Shown: positions 12,174-21,982, counted from the stretch's first letter. The stretch is DNA of 64,000 nucleotides from Coriobacteriia bacterium (GCA_014859265.1 JACUUN010000004.1:1718-65717); one strand, 5' to 3'. Program-made: numbers and translations. Notes: generated by a model from the letters alone, not told the origin.

Positions 12174-12833
12174 CTACGCCTTCTTCTTGCGGCGACCCTT
12201 CTTGGGAGCGCACGCCACGATGCGACGTGCTCGCTGACCGGTCAGCCCCTTGGTGTGCTCGGCGTCGAACAGCATGCGCTCGGCAGCAGCGAGCTTCACC
12301 TCGTCAGATGCTTCCCCGCTGACCAGCCTGATCACGCCGATGAGCATCGCAGGGAACTCCGCGTCGCCGTGGTAGACGCGAATCGCCTCGTCGATGAGAG
12401 GCCACACGCGCTCGGAGCGCCGTACGGTCGTCGCCCCGTATGCGGCCAACAGCCTGAACGCGGCCAAGCGCACCACGCCGGACTCGGCGTCGTGCAACGC
12501 CGTGGTCGCCGGGCCGATGGCCTTGTCTGCAACGCGCGCATCGGCAGCCACAACCTTCTCCAGCGTGCCGAGAATCTCCCAGCGCGTCTGCGCCTCGGGC
12601 CGCTCGAGAGCGTCCGCGAGTTCGGCTCCATATGCCTTGAGCACCGCCGGGTTCTTGATCGCGAGCGCATGAAGCGCGCGCGCAGCGGCCACACGCTGTG
12701 AGCGGTTGTCGCCGGAGAGCGCATGCAGCAGCGACGCGAGAACCTTCTTGTTCCGCGCCGCATGAGCCGCGACGTCCTCCTTGTCGCGCGCCAGAAGCTC
12801 GGTCAGCGCAGATACCTTTGCCTTGGCCGCCAT
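12174..12833 (-). CDS. Hypothetical all-helical HEAT/armadillo-like repeat protein with basic C-terminal tail
   Basis: 219 aa, Ala/Leu-rich with repeating helix pairs (VAAARALHALAI, VRLAAFRLLAAYG). The C-terminus is KKGRRKKKA. No family recognised. Confidence 0.45.
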   Translation of the reverse strand: MAAKAKVSALTELLARDKEDVAAHAARNKKVLASLLHALSGDNRSQRVAAARALHALAIKNPAVLKAYGAELADALERPEAQTRWEILGTLEKVVAADARVADKAIGPATTALHDAESGVVRLAAFRLLAAYGATTVRRSERVWPLIDEAIRVYHGDAEFPAMLIGVIRLVSGEASDEVKLAAAERMLFDAEHTKGLTGQRARRIVACAPKKGRRKKKA

Positions 12834-12846
12834 CGGCCCCTACCCC

Positions 12847-13347
12847 CTACAGGTCGAACCCGCCATGCTTCTTGAAGTGTTCCACCAGACCGCCGTCAGC
12901 AAGCAACTGTTCCATGACCGCCGGCAGCGGCGCGAACGGGATCTCGGTTCCCTTGGTGATGTTGCGCACAACGCCCGAGTGCAGATCGACCAGGAGCTCG
13001 TCACCGTCGTCGATCAGGTCGGTGTCACACTCCACCACCGGCAGACCAGTGTTGATGGCGTTGCGGTAGAAGATGCGCGCGAAGCCCTTCGCGAGCACTG
13101 CGCGGGTGTTGCTGTGAATGAGTACGAGCGGTGCCTGCTCCCGGCTTGAGCCCATGCCGAAGTTCCTGCCCGCCACCAGAAAGCCGCCCTCGGGCTTCAC
13201 CTTCTGGTAGTAGTCCGGGTCGAGGTCCTCCATGGCGTGGACCGCCATGGCCTCCATGTCAGCGGACTTGAACTTGTACTTGCCGCTGATGATGTAGTCG
13301 GTGTTGATGTCGTCGCCGTACTTGAAGGCCTTCGCCCTGAGTTCCAT
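12847..13347 (-). CDS. LeuD/HacB-type aconitase-family dehydratase small subunit
   Basis: MELRAKAFKYGDDINTDYIISGKYKFKS...VAGRNFGMGSSREQAP. I chose the ATG at 13345-13347, preceded by AAGGGAGAG. The track ORF starts 7 codons earlier. Confidence 0.85.
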   Translation of the reverse strand: MELRAKAFKYGDDINTDYIISGKYKFKSADMEAMAVHAMEDLDPDYYQKVKPEGGFLVAGRNFGMGSSREQAPLVLIHSNTRAVLAKGFARIFYRNAINTGLPVVECDTDLIDDGDELLVDLHSGVVRNITKGTEIPFAPLPAVMEQLLADGGLVEHFKKHGGFDL

Positions 13348-13411
13348 GTGTCTCTCCCTTGGCTCCACGGCCGCCGAAGGGGCCGGCTGCTTGCTCGATG
13401 CCTGTCCACCC

Positions 13412-14680
13412 CTACCCGAAGTACTTCCGCGGATCGGTGATCTTGCCCTCGATCACCGACGCGGCCACGGTGGCCGGGCTGCCGAGGTAGATGAACGCAT
13501 TGCTGTTACCCATGCGGCCCTTGAAGTTGCGGTTGGCCGTGGAGATGACGTTCTCGCCGTCGCTCGGCACGCCGTTGTGGGTGCCCACGCACGGGCCGCA
13601 GCCCGGCGTGACCACAGCCGCGCCCGCCTCGACGAGCGTCTGGATGTAGCCGGCGACCATCGCGTCGAGGTAGATCTGCTTGGAGGCCGGTGCGACGATG
13701 AAACGCACGTCGGGGTGCACGCGGCGCCCGCCGAGGATCTCAGCCGCAATGGCGAGGTCCTCGAGGCGACCGTTCGTGCACGTGCCGACGAAACCCTGGG
13801 CGATCGGCGTGCCCTCGACGTCCTCGATGGGCGAGACGTTGTCGACCGCGTGCGGCTTGGCGATCTGCGGACCCACCGCGCTCGCGTCGATCTCGATCTC
13901 GCTCGCGTACACGGCGTCGGCGTCCGGGTCGACCGGCGCCGGAGTGCGCGGGCTGCGTCCCGCGTACCAGGCGAGCGTCTTCTCATCGGCCTTCATGAGC
14001 CCGGCCTTGGCGCCGACCTCGATGGCCATGTTGCTGATCGTCATGCGGGCATCGACCGAAAGCGCGTCGATCACCGGGCCGTGGAACTCGATGGCCTCGT
14101 ACGTCGCGCCATCCACGCCGATCTTACCGGCGAGATAGAGGACGAGATCCTTGCTGAACACGCCCGGTTGTATCTCGCCCGTATAGGTGACCTTCATGGT
14201 GTCGGGCACCCTGAACCACAGCTTGCCTGAGGCCATCGCCGCGGCGCCGTCGGTCGACCCCACGCCGGTGGAGAAGACGTTGACCGCCCCGTACGTACAG
14301 GTATGCGAGTCACAGCCGACCATGAGGTCGCCGGGCACGACGTGCCCGTGCTCCGGTACCACCTGGTGGCACACGCCCTCACCGATGTCGTAGACGCGCA
14401 CGCCGGTCCTCGCGCCGAACTCGCGCATCATCGTGTGCAGCGCGCTCACGCCCTCGATCGGGCTCGGCGAGGAGTGGTCGATGACGAGCGCGACCTTCTC
14501 AGGGTCGAAGACCTGCTCTACACCCATGTTCGCGAGCGCACGTATGGCAAGCGGCGAGGTGCCGTCCTGCCCCATGACGAAGTCGACATCCGCGATGACG
14601 ATGTCGGCGGCACGGGCATCGGTGCCCGAGTGGGCCGAGAAGATCTTCTCGGCGATGGTCTTTCCAGAAATCGTGATCAC
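13412..14680 (-). CDS. LeuC/HacA-type aconitase-family dehydratase large subunit
   Basis: 422 aa: MITISGKTIAEKIFSAHSG...VMGQDGTSP...DSHTCTYGA...GTCTNGRLEDL...PGCGPCVG (FeS-cluster Cys ligands). Confidence 0.88.
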   Translation of the reverse strand: MITISGKTIAEKIFSAHSGTDARAADIVIADVDFVMGQDGTSPLAIRALANMGVEQVFDPEKVALVIDHSSPSPIEGVSALHTMMREFGARTGVRVYDIGEGVCHQVVPEHGHVVPGDLMVGCDSHTCTYGAVNVFSTGVGSTDGAAAMASGKLWFRVPDTMKVTYTGEIQPGVFSKDLVLYLAGKIGVDGATYEAIEFHGPVIDALSVDARMTISNMAIEVGAKAGLMKADEKTLAWYAGRSPRTPAPVDPDADAVYASEIEIDASAVGPQIAKPHAVDNVSPIEDVEGTPIAQGFVGTCTNGRLEDLAIAAEILGGRRVHPDVRFIVAPASKQIYLDAMVAGYIQTLVEAGAAVVTPGCGPCVGTHNGVPSDGENVISTANRNFKGRMGNSNAFIYLGSPATVAASVIEGKITDPRKYFG

Positions 14681-14716
14681 CCTCCCGGTCGTGCGTACGT
14701 GACGGTGCCGGAGACG

Positions 14717-15922
14717 CTAGCCGGCGGCATTCCCCTCGGCCGCAGCCTGCTGCTGCTCGACCCAGTCGTTGTAGATGTAGAGCAGCTCCTTGTCGAAGAG
14801 CGAGCGCTTCAGCTCGACGGCCATGTTGCGCACCATCGGCAGCATCTCGGAGGCCTGCGCCTTGGTGAGCTCGATGCCGTACTCGGCGAACTTCATCTCG
14901 ATCGAGCGCGACCCGGAGTGCTTGCCGATGACGATCTGGCGCTCGAGGCCGACCTCGTCGGGGCTGAAGATCTCGTAAGTCTTGGGGTTCTTGATGACGC
15001 CGTCAGCATGGATACCGCTCTCGTGAGCGAACACGTTCGTGCCGATGACCGACTTCCACGCCGGGATGCGACGTCCTGCCGCGCCCATAACGTACTCGCC
15101 GATCTCGCGGAAGCGCGTGGTGTCGATGTCGACCTCCATGCCCTCGGTGTACTTCAGCGCCATGACAATCTCCTCGAGCGCAGCGTTGCCCGCTCGCTCG
15201 CCAAGGCCGGCCACCGTCACGTTCACCCAGGTCGCGCCGCCGTGGATGCCGGCAATCGCGTTGGCGACCGCCATACCGAAGTCGTTGTGCGTGTGCATCT
15301 CGATCTCCAGGCCGCAGCTTTGTCTGAGCTCGCGCACGACCTGGAACGTGCGGAACGGCTCCATGATGCCGATGGTGTCGCAGAAACGCAGACGGTCGGC
15401 TCCCTCGGCCTGCGCAGCACACGCGTATTTCTTGAGGAAGCCCACGTCTGTGCGCGACGCATCCTCGGCGTTCACCGAGACGTAGACACCGTGGCTCTTG
15501 GCGAAAGCCACCGCCTCGCGGATGGACTTCAGCACCCACTCACGGTCCTTCTTGAGCTTGGTTTCGATGTGGATGTCCGAGGTCGCAAGCGAGATAGCGA
15601 CCGCGTCCACGCCACAATCGATCGAGGTCTTGATATCGTCGAGGTTCGCGCGGTTCCAGCCGAGGACCGACGCATTCAGGCCGAGGCTTGCGATCTCGGC
15701 GATCGTGTCGCGCTCGTCACCCCCCATCGCCGCGATGCCGGCCTCGATCTGGTGCACGCCGATCTCGTCGAGCAGTTTGGCGATGCGCACCTTTTCGCGG
15801 TTAGCGAAGACCACGCCGGCGGTCTGCTCGCCATCGCGCAACGTCGTGTCGTCGAACTTCACCTCAATCGTCCCGAGATCGCTCTCGAACGGAATCTTGT
15901 ACGCCTTGATGGCATCGTTCAC
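14717..15922 (-). CDS. Homocitrate/2-isopropylmalate/citramalate/Re-citrate synthase family enzyme (short form, no LeuA regulatory domain)
   Basis: DDTTLRDGEQTAGVVF...HTHNDFGMAVANAIAG...ERAGNAALEE, about 401 aa. I prefer the GTG at 15920-15922 because GAGGAGGTG sits 8 nt upstream. The track ORF starts at 15940. Confidence 0.8.
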   Translation of the reverse strand: MNDAIKAYKIPFESDLGTIEVKFDDTTLRDGEQTAGVVFANREKVRIAKLLDEIGVHQIEAGIAAMGGDERDTIAEIASLGLNASVLGWNRANLDDIKTSIDCGVDAVAISLATSDIHIETKLKKDREWVLKSIREAVAFAKSHGVYVSVNAEDASRTDVGFLKKYACAAQAEGADRLRFCDTIGIMEPFRTFQVVRELRQSCGLEIEMHTHNDFGMAVANAIAGIHGGATWVNVTVAGLGERAGNAALEEIVMALKYTEGMEVDIDTTRFREIGEYVMGAAGRRIPAWKSVIGTNVFAHESGIHADGVIKNPKTYEIFSPDEVGLERQIVIGKHSGSRSIEMKFAEYGIELTKAQASEMLPMVRNMAVELKRSLFDKELLYIYNDWVEQQQAAAEGNAAG

Positions 15923-16136
15923 GGGCGGGCACCTCCTCATCCGTCAGTGCAGCAGATCGAGCGCCCGCATGACCACATGCGGATATCCGCAGGCACTACA
16001 GTGCCGCGGCCGGGGTTCTGGCGTAGACGCGTATTCTACGACAGGCCAGGCTCTCGCGCCACACGGAGCACGACCGCTGGTATCTATACCCGCGCGGCAC
16101 GGGTACGAACAACCACAGGGATGCCGAGGAGGACGC

Positions 16137-17309
16137 ATGGGCTGCACGCTCGTCTACAGCGACGCGATGGCCGGCTACGACCTGGGGGCCGGACACCCGC
16201 TCAAACCCGAACGCTTCATGCTCACCGTCGACCTCATGCGCGCGTACGGGCTGCTCGCCGCTGAGGGCGGGCCGGTCGAGGTGGTTGCGCCCGGCGAGCC
16301 GGTCTCCGATGACGACCTCGCGCTCGTCCATGATCGCGCCTACATCGAGACCGTCCGCGAAGCCTCGGCCGACCCGGAGCGCTTCTCCTGGCGCACCCGG
16401 CGCGGTATCGGCCCGGGCGACACGCCAGCGGCTCCTGGCCTGCACGATGCTGCCGCACTCATCGCCGCGGGAACAGCCACAGCACTGCAGCTCGCGCTGG
16501 AGGGCAAAGGCGCCACGCGGGCCTTCTCGGTAGCCGGTGGCCTTCACCACGCGCACCACGACCGCGCGGCCGGATTCTGCGTCTACAACGACCCCGCCAT
16601 CGCCATCATGCTCGCGCTGCGTGAGAGGCCGGGCCTGCGTGTGGCCTATCTCGACATCGACGCTCACCACGGCAACGGCGTGCAGGAGGTCTTCTACGAC
16701 ACCCCCGAGGTACTCACGATCTCGTTGCACGAGTCGGGCCGCTACCTCTACCCCGGCACGGGACGCGAGGCCGAGACCGGTGCCGGAGCCGGCACGGGCT
16801 TCGCGCTCAACGTCCCGCTGCCGCCCTTCGCCGATGGCGCGTGCTACGCGCTCGCATTCGACGAGGTGGTAGCTCCCGCGCTCGCGGCCTTCGCGCCCGA
16901 CGTGCTGGTCGCGCAGTGCGGCGCCGACGCGCACCACGCCGACCCGCTCACCCACCTCGGCCTCACGCTCGCCGACATGCGCGACCTCTACGGACGGATC
17001 GTGAGACTCGCGCACGAGCACTGCGGCGGGCGGCTCGCGTGCACGGGAGGCGGCGGCTATGGAACCTACTCGGTGGTGCCGCGCGCCTGGACGCTACTCG
17101 CAGCCCGCCTCGCCGGCGTCGAGCTGCCGGAGGAACTCCCCGCCGAGTGGCGCGAGCGCTCGGGCGCCCTTGGCGGGGAACCGGCACCGCTCACTCTCAC
17201 CGGAGAGAGTCCTCCTCCGCCTTCGGTTGAGCCCGAACCGCTGCTCGAGGCCACACAGGCCGCGATCCGCAAGGTGCGTCACTCCTCGGCGCTGCTCTCC
17301 TCGGACTGA
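16137..17309 (+). CDS. Histone deacetylase-family / acetoin-utilisation AcuC-like deacetylase
   Basis: MGCTLVYSDAMAGYDLGAGHPLKPERF...GGLHHAHHDRAAGFCVYND...DIDAHHGNGVQE. A GAGGAGGA RBS precedes the ATG at 16137. Confidence 0.85.
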   Translation: MGCTLVYSDAMAGYDLGAGHPLKPERFMLTVDLMRAYGLLAAEGGPVEVVAPGEPVSDDDLALVHDRAYIETVREASADPERFSWRTRRGIGPGDTPAAPGLHDAAALIAAGTATALQLALEGKGATRAFSVAGGLHHAHHDRAAGFCVYNDPAIAIMLALRERPGLRVAYLDIDAHHGNGVQEVFYDTPEVLTISLHESGRYLYPGTGREAETGAGAGTGFALNVPLPPFADGACYALAFDEVVAPALAAFAPDVLVAQCGADAHHADPLTHLGLTLADMRDLYGRIVRLAHEHCGGRLACTGGGGYGTYSVVPRAWTLLAARLAGVELPEELPAEWRERSGALGGEPAPLTLTGESPPPPSVEPEPLLEATQAAIRKVRHSSALLSSD

Positions 17310-18238
17310 GGCCGCCCGGCTGCCTCCTCGCGTTCCGCACGCTCGATGCGGGCCGCCCGCCTTCGTGCCGCCCAGACGTGCGTGAACTCGGCGCCGAACA
17401 GAAGGACCTGCGTGGTGTAGTAGAGCCACACGAGCACCACCGCGATCGATCCCGCTGCACCGTAGAGCGACCCGATGCTGCTGCGTCCCAGGTAGGCGCC
17501 GAGCGCGACCGAACCGGCGTTGAAGAGCAGGGAGGTCACCGCAGCGCCGACAATCGTGTCGCGCCAGTCGACCCGGCGGTCCGGCAGCACGGTGAAGATG
17601 ATCGCGAAGAGCACGGCCGCGCCCACGAACGAGATAGCCTTCTCGGTCAGCCAGCCGATCCCGGATATCGAAGGGAGCAGGGCACCGAGCACTCGCGCCA
17701 GCCCCGTCCCGAAGATGAGCGCGCCGACAAGCAGCACGCCGATGATGAGCACCATGAGGAAGGCAAGCCCGCGCCGCCGGAGCATGTGGCGGAAGTCCTC
17801 GGGACGCGGACGGATACCCCACACGATGTTGATCGCCGCCTGAAGCTGACCGAAGGCCGCCGATGCACCGAAGAGCGCCACCGCCACACCGAGCAGGGTT
17901 GCGGCCGTGGCCGAGGAAGTGTTCGAGCGCATGATGCCGATGAGTATCTGGTTGACAACAACTGCACCGGCGTCCCCGAACAGGTTGTACGCCATGCCGA
18001 GTATCGAGTCCCGCACCTCTTGCCGCGCGAAGAACGCGCCAGCCACCGCGACCGCCACGATAAGGAGCGGGGCGAGTGCGATGAGCAGGTAGTATGCGAG
18101 CGCGGCCGCAAGGCGTGGCGCTCCGTCCTCGAGGAAATCGTCGGCCGTGCGGGCCACGATTTCCACGGCGAAGCGTAGCGGGGCCGGGAGGCGGGATACA
18201 AACGCGGGCAGCGGGGCGCTCTGGCGGCGCTTACTCAT
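17279..18238 (-). CDS. YihY/BrkB-family membrane protein
   Basis: MSKRRQSAPLP...AAALAYYLLIALAPLL...YGAAGSIAVVLVWLYYTTQVLLFGAEF. The start at 18236-18238 overlaps the upstream gene by 8 nt. Confidence 0.85.
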   Translation of the reverse strand: MSKRRQSAPLPAFVSRLPAPLRFAVEIVARTADDFLEDGAPRLAAALAYYLLIALAPLLIVAVAVAGAFFARQEVRDSILGMAYNLFGDAGAVVVNQILIGIMRSNTSSATAATLLGVAVALFGASAAFGQLQAAINIVWGIRPRPEDFRHMLRRRGLAFLMVLIIGVLLVGALIFGTGLARVLGALLPSISGIGWLTEKAISFVGAAVLFAIIFTVLPDRRVDWRDTIVGAAVTSLLFNAGSVALGAYLGRSSIGSLYGAAGSIAVVLVWLYYTTQVLLFGAEFTHVWAARRRAARIERAEREEAAGRPQSEESSAEE

Positions 18239-18986
18239 CGGCCCACACCGGCACCAGATGATGGGTCCCGCGCAACTCGGCGCGGGTCTTTTTCGCGAAC
18301 GGGACCATCGACTCGAGCAACGCCCAGAATCGCGGCGAGTGATCGAGGACGCGCAGGTGCGCCAGCTCGTGCGCGAGCACGTAGCGCACGAGGTGCGGCG
18401 GCAGAAACACCAGGTTGCGGTTGAGCGAGACGGTGCCGCGCGCCGAGGCGCTCCCCCACCGCGTGCGCTGGCCGCGGACGGTGATGAGGGCAGGGGCGAT
18501 GCCCGTTTCTGCCGCGAGGTCCCCGGCGAGCGTCGGCAGCACGGAGCGCGCGGTACGGTCGCGCCAGCGCCTGAGCGCGGCGAGGCGGGCGTCCGCGTCG
18601 CCGGAGCCGGTGACCGTAAGGACGCCGTCTCGCTCGCGGGCGACCGCCGGACTGCCGTGCGGGCGGCCGCCGACCGCGTACACGACCGGGAGCACGCGCG
18701 ACACGGCACGCAGGTCGACCGCTCCGGGAAGCAAGCCCTCCGGACCGGCGAGGAACGCCTCGCGGCGCTCGGCGACCTCGGCAAGCGCGCGGATCGCCCA
18801 GCCCGACCGGTCGGCGACGGCACGGTGCGCGTGGGCCTCGGCGACACCGGCGGGCAGCGTCACCACAAGCCCGTCGCGGGCGGTCACGGTGAGGCGCACG
18901 CGCCGGGAGCGGGTGCTGCGGCGCACCCGATACTCGGGTAGGCCGTCCGCATGGCCGCCCCCTATCTGCTCGTACCCGCCCCTCAT
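18231..18986 (-). CDS. YgjP-like (DUF45/M48-related) metal-dependent hydrolase
   Basis: ...RWGSASARGTVSLNRNLVFLPPHLVRYVLAHELAHLRVLDHSPRFW contains an HExxH motif. It has an ATGA overlap with the rlmL stop at 18983-18986. Confidence 0.8.
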   Translation of the reverse strand: MRGGYEQIGGGHADGLPEYRVRRSTRSRRVRLTVTARDGLVVTLPAGVAEAHAHRAVADRSGWAIRALAEVAERREAFLAGPEGLLPGAVDLRAVSRVLPVVYAVGGRPHGSPAVARERDGVLTVTGSGDADARLAALRRWRDRTARSVLPTLAGDLAAETGIAPALITVRGQRTRWGSASARGTVSLNRNLVFLPPHLVRYVLAHELAHLRVLDHSPRFWALLESMVPFAKKTRAELRGTHHLVPVWADE

Positions 18987-21160
18987 GCGCCACCTCTCCC
19001 GCGGCTCTTGGTGATACGCCACGTGTTGTGGATCTTCGGGGTGCGCTCGAAGTCCGGCGGAATCGTCTGGCGTGTTATGTCCTCCACGCACACGCCTTCG
19101 AGCGCCCCGGCCTGCATCCGGAACTTGCGGAAGTTGTTCGAGAAGATGAGTACCCCCTCGGCGGCCAAGAGCGGCAGGATGAGGTCGATCAGTTGCACGT
19201 GATCGCGTTGTACATCGAACGTGCCCTCCATGCGCTTGGAGTTCGAGAAGGTCGGCGGGTCGCAGAACACGAGGCCGAACGGGTGGGTCCTACCGGCTGC
19301 CGCCGCAAGCCACTCGAGCACGTCGGCGCGCTCGCGGGTGTGCTTCCCGCCGGTCAACCCGTTGAGCAGCATGTTGCGCTCGGCCCAGTCGAGGTAGGTA
19401 GCCGAGAGGTCGACGGTAGTCGTGGACGCAGCACCTCCTGCGGCCGCATGCACGGTCGCGGCGCCGGTGTACGCGTAGAGGTTCAGGAAGCGTTTGCCCC
19501 CGGCGAACTCGCGCACCATCCCGCGGGTGATGCGGTGGTCGAGGAAGAGCCCCGTGTCGAGGTACTCGGAGAGGTTCACCTCGAAGAGCAAGCCGTCCTC
19601 GGCGACGATCATCGTCCGCCGCACGCCGTCCTGCCGCGTGTACTGCGAGGTGCCCTTCTGGCGGCGCCGGACCTTCAGAAAGACGTCCGCCGGCGCGATG
19701 CCGAGGACGTCTGCGACGGTCGCGACCGCCTCGTGCAGCCGTCGGCTCGCGACCTCGGGCTCGATGGTAGCGGGCGGGGCGTACTCGGCCACGTGCGCCG
19801 CATGCTTGCCCGCGTCGGGGCCGGCCCCCTCGTAGAGGTCGACCGCCACGGCGTACTCGGGCAGGTCGGCGTCGTACACGCGGTAGCAGCTCACCCCGGT
19901 CCTGCGGGCCCACTTGCGGAGGTGGCGCGCGTTCTTGCGCAGCCGGTTGCCGAGCATCGTGGCTCCGGAGTCGGGCTGCTCGGCGCCGGCCGTGGCGCCG
20001 GCCGCCTCGGCCACAACGACCGTGACCGGGATGCGCCCGTTGTAGGTCGCGTGCTCGGCGATCGGTGTGAGGCCGGTGACCGCCACCAGGTCGGCGGCGC
20101 CGGTCACCATGCAGACGCGCCAGCCCGCAAACGTCTCGCGCACCCTGGTGCCGATGGCGGCGTAGAGGGCGCGCAGGTCCTCTGTGGCCGAGAGCCGCTC
20201 CCCGTAGGGAGGGTTGGTCGCCACGAGTCCGGTCAGCGCGCCCGCAGGTGGAGAGGCGTCGCGCACATCGCGCACGTCGAACCGCACTCGGCCTGAGAGT
20301 CCCGCTCGACTGGCCGACGCGCGGGCCAGCCCGATGGCACGCCGGTCGGTGTCCGTGCCGAGCAACGGCTGCGTGGAGTCCAGCCCGGCCTCGCGGCGCT
20401 CCGCCGCGTCGGCCAGCAGCGAGCCCCAGAGCGCGGCGTCATGCCCGAGCCATCCGGCGAATCCCCAACGCTCGCTCAATGAGCCGGGCGCGATGTCGCA
20501 TGCGACAAGCGCGGCTTCGAGCACGAGGGTGCCCGAGCCGCAGAGCGGATCGTAGAACGCCCCCCCTGCGGCTGCGATCTCGGGCCACCCCGCCAGCAGT
20601 AACACGCCTGCGGCGAGGTTCTCCTTGAGCGGGGCTGCCGCCTGCACGCCGGGCGCCCGGTATCCGCGACGGTGCAGCCCCTCGCCCGCAAGATCGATGC
20701 TTACCGCCGCCTTCGTGCCGCGCAGAGCGACGTTCACACGCACATCTGGCGCGATCGTGTCGATGCTCGGGCGCACACCGAACCGCTCGCGGAGCCGGTC
20801 GACGATCGCATCCTTGACCTTGAGCGTCGCGTAGCCTGTGTGCGAGATCGGCGAGCGGGAAGCGACCACGTCGACCGCGAGCGTCCCCTCGGCCGGCACG
20901 TGCTCCTCCCAGGGCAGCTCAAGGATACCGCGGTAGAGTGTCTCGGGATCGGGCGCGGGCACGTCGGCCACGCGAAGCAGTACCCGTGAGGCGACCCGCG
21001 ACCAGAGGCAGGCACGGTAGGCGGTCTCGAGCGAGCCCTCGAACGCTACGCCGGCTCTACCAGGACGCACGTGCAGCGCACCGAGCGCACCGATCTCCTC
21101 GGCAAGTACCGCCTCCAGGCCGAGCGGGACCGGTGCGAACAGGGTGTGCCCATCGGTCAT
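18983..21160 (-). CDS. rlmL: Bifunctional 23S rRNA methyltransferase RlmKL-like (THUMP + two SAM-MTase modules)
   Basis: 725 aa: MTDGHTLFAPVPLGLEAVLAEEI...YDPLCGSGTLVLEAA...NPPYGERL...FCDPPTFSNSKRM. Confidence 0.85.
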   Translation of the reverse strand: MTDGHTLFAPVPLGLEAVLAEEIGALGALHVRPGRAGVAFEGSLETAYRACLWSRVASRVLLRVADVPAPDPETLYRGILELPWEEHVPAEGTLAVDVVASRSPISHTGYATLKVKDAIVDRLRERFGVRPSIDTIAPDVRVNVALRGTKAAVSIDLAGEGLHRRGYRAPGVQAAAPLKENLAAGVLLLAGWPEIAAAGGAFYDPLCGSGTLVLEAALVACDIAPGSLSERWGFAGWLGHDAALWGSLLADAAERREAGLDSTQPLLGTDTDRRAIGLARASASRAGLSGRVRFDVRDVRDASPPAGALTGLVATNPPYGERLSATEDLRALYAAIGTRVRETFAGWRVCMVTGAADLVAVTGLTPIAEHATYNGRIPVTVVVAEAAGATAGAEQPDSGATMLGNRLRKNARHLRKWARRTGVSCYRVYDADLPEYAVAVDLYEGAGPDAGKHAAHVAEYAPPATIEPEVASRRLHEAVATVADVLGIAPADVFLKVRRRQKGTSQYTRQDGVRRTMIVAEDGLLFEVNLSEYLDTGLFLDHRITRGMVREFAGGKRFLNLYAYTGAATVHAAAGGAASTTTVDLSATYLDWAERNMLLNGLTGGKHTRERADVLEWLAAAAGRTHPFGLVFCDPPTFSNSKRMEGTFDVQRDHVQLIDLILPLLAAEGVLIFSNNFRKFRMQAGALEGVCVEDITRQTIPPDFERTPKIHNTWRITKSRGRGGA

Positions 21161-21163
21161 GAC

Positions 21164-21982
21164 CTATCCGACGAACCCTTCGACCACGTAGGTGCCGGAG
21201 CGCTGATCCTTGCGCAGCGTGACAAAACCGCGCTTCTGCGCGTCCTCGAGCAGCTGAGTGAAGGAGCGGTAGCCGTAGGAAGACTCGGCGAACGACGGCT
21301 GCTTGCGCTTCATCGTGTCTTTCACCATCGAGGCGTGGATGACGTCGACGTTCTCGCGCTGCAGCGCCTCGATCGTCTCGAAGAGCAGCTTGAACGCGGG
21401 ACGCTTGGCCTTGGGCACCTTCTCGCCGATGGATGGCGTCGCGGTGCCGGTGGTGGTGAGGCCCTCGTAGTAGATGAACTCGTCGCAGTTCGCGGCGAGC
21501 AGGTCGCTCGTGGACTCCTTCATCCCCAGACCGATGACGGTCTTGCCGTTCTCCTTGAGCTTGCCCACCAGCGGCGTGAAGTCGCTATCACCCGACACGA
21601 TCACGAAGGTGTCGATGTGTTCTTTGGCGTAGGAAAGCTCCATCGCGTCGACCACGAGCCGGATGTCTGCCGAGTTCTTGCCGGTCATGCCGCGCTCGGG
21701 AATCTCCATGAGCTCGATGCCGAGCTCATGGAGCGGCGTGACGTACTCGGGGAAGCGCGCCCAGTCGGCGTAGGCCCGCTTGGCGACGATCTTGCCCTTC
21801 TCAACGAGCCGCTCGAGCACGATCTTCATGTCGAAGAGTGCTGGCTTGCCTGCCGAGCGGGAGCGGGCCCTTCCGCCCGCAGCCTTCTCGGCGCCGACCG
21901 CAAGGTTCTCGAAGTCTATGAACACCGCTAGGGCGTGTGCTTCGTCTGGCATAGCCGTGTCCTCCCCAGGCATCGTGGCCAC
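21164..21982 (-). CDS. NYN-domain (PIN-like RNase) protein with C-terminal OST-HTH/LOTUS domain
   Basis: LAVFIDFENL...ADIRLVVDAMELSY...FVIVSGDSDFTPLVGKLKENGKTVIGLG is the NYN part. The C-terminal KRKQPSFAESSYGYRSFTQLLEDAQKRGFVTL is LOTUS-like. Confidence 0.75.
   Translation of the reverse strand: MATMPGEDTAMPDEAHALAVFIDFENLAVGAEKAAGGRARSRSAGKPALFDMKIVLERLVEKGKIVAKRAYADWARFPEYVTPLHELGIELMEIPERGMTGKNSADIRLVVDAMELSYAKEHIDTFVIVSGDSDFTPLVGKLKENGKTVIGLGMKESTSDLLAANCDEFIYYEGLTTTGTATPSIGEKVPKAKRPAFKLLFETIEALQRENVDVIHASMVKDTMKRKQPSFAESSYGYRSFTQLLEDAQKRGFVTLRKDQRSGTYVVEGFVG

Noticed and set aside
15923-16136. A third T-box or a Leu-rich leader peptide in front of the synthase / LeuCD-type genes.
   Set aside because: No GGUGGUACC core is present on either strand. 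The only leader mini-ORF (MWSCGRSICCTDG) has no Leu/Ile/Val run.
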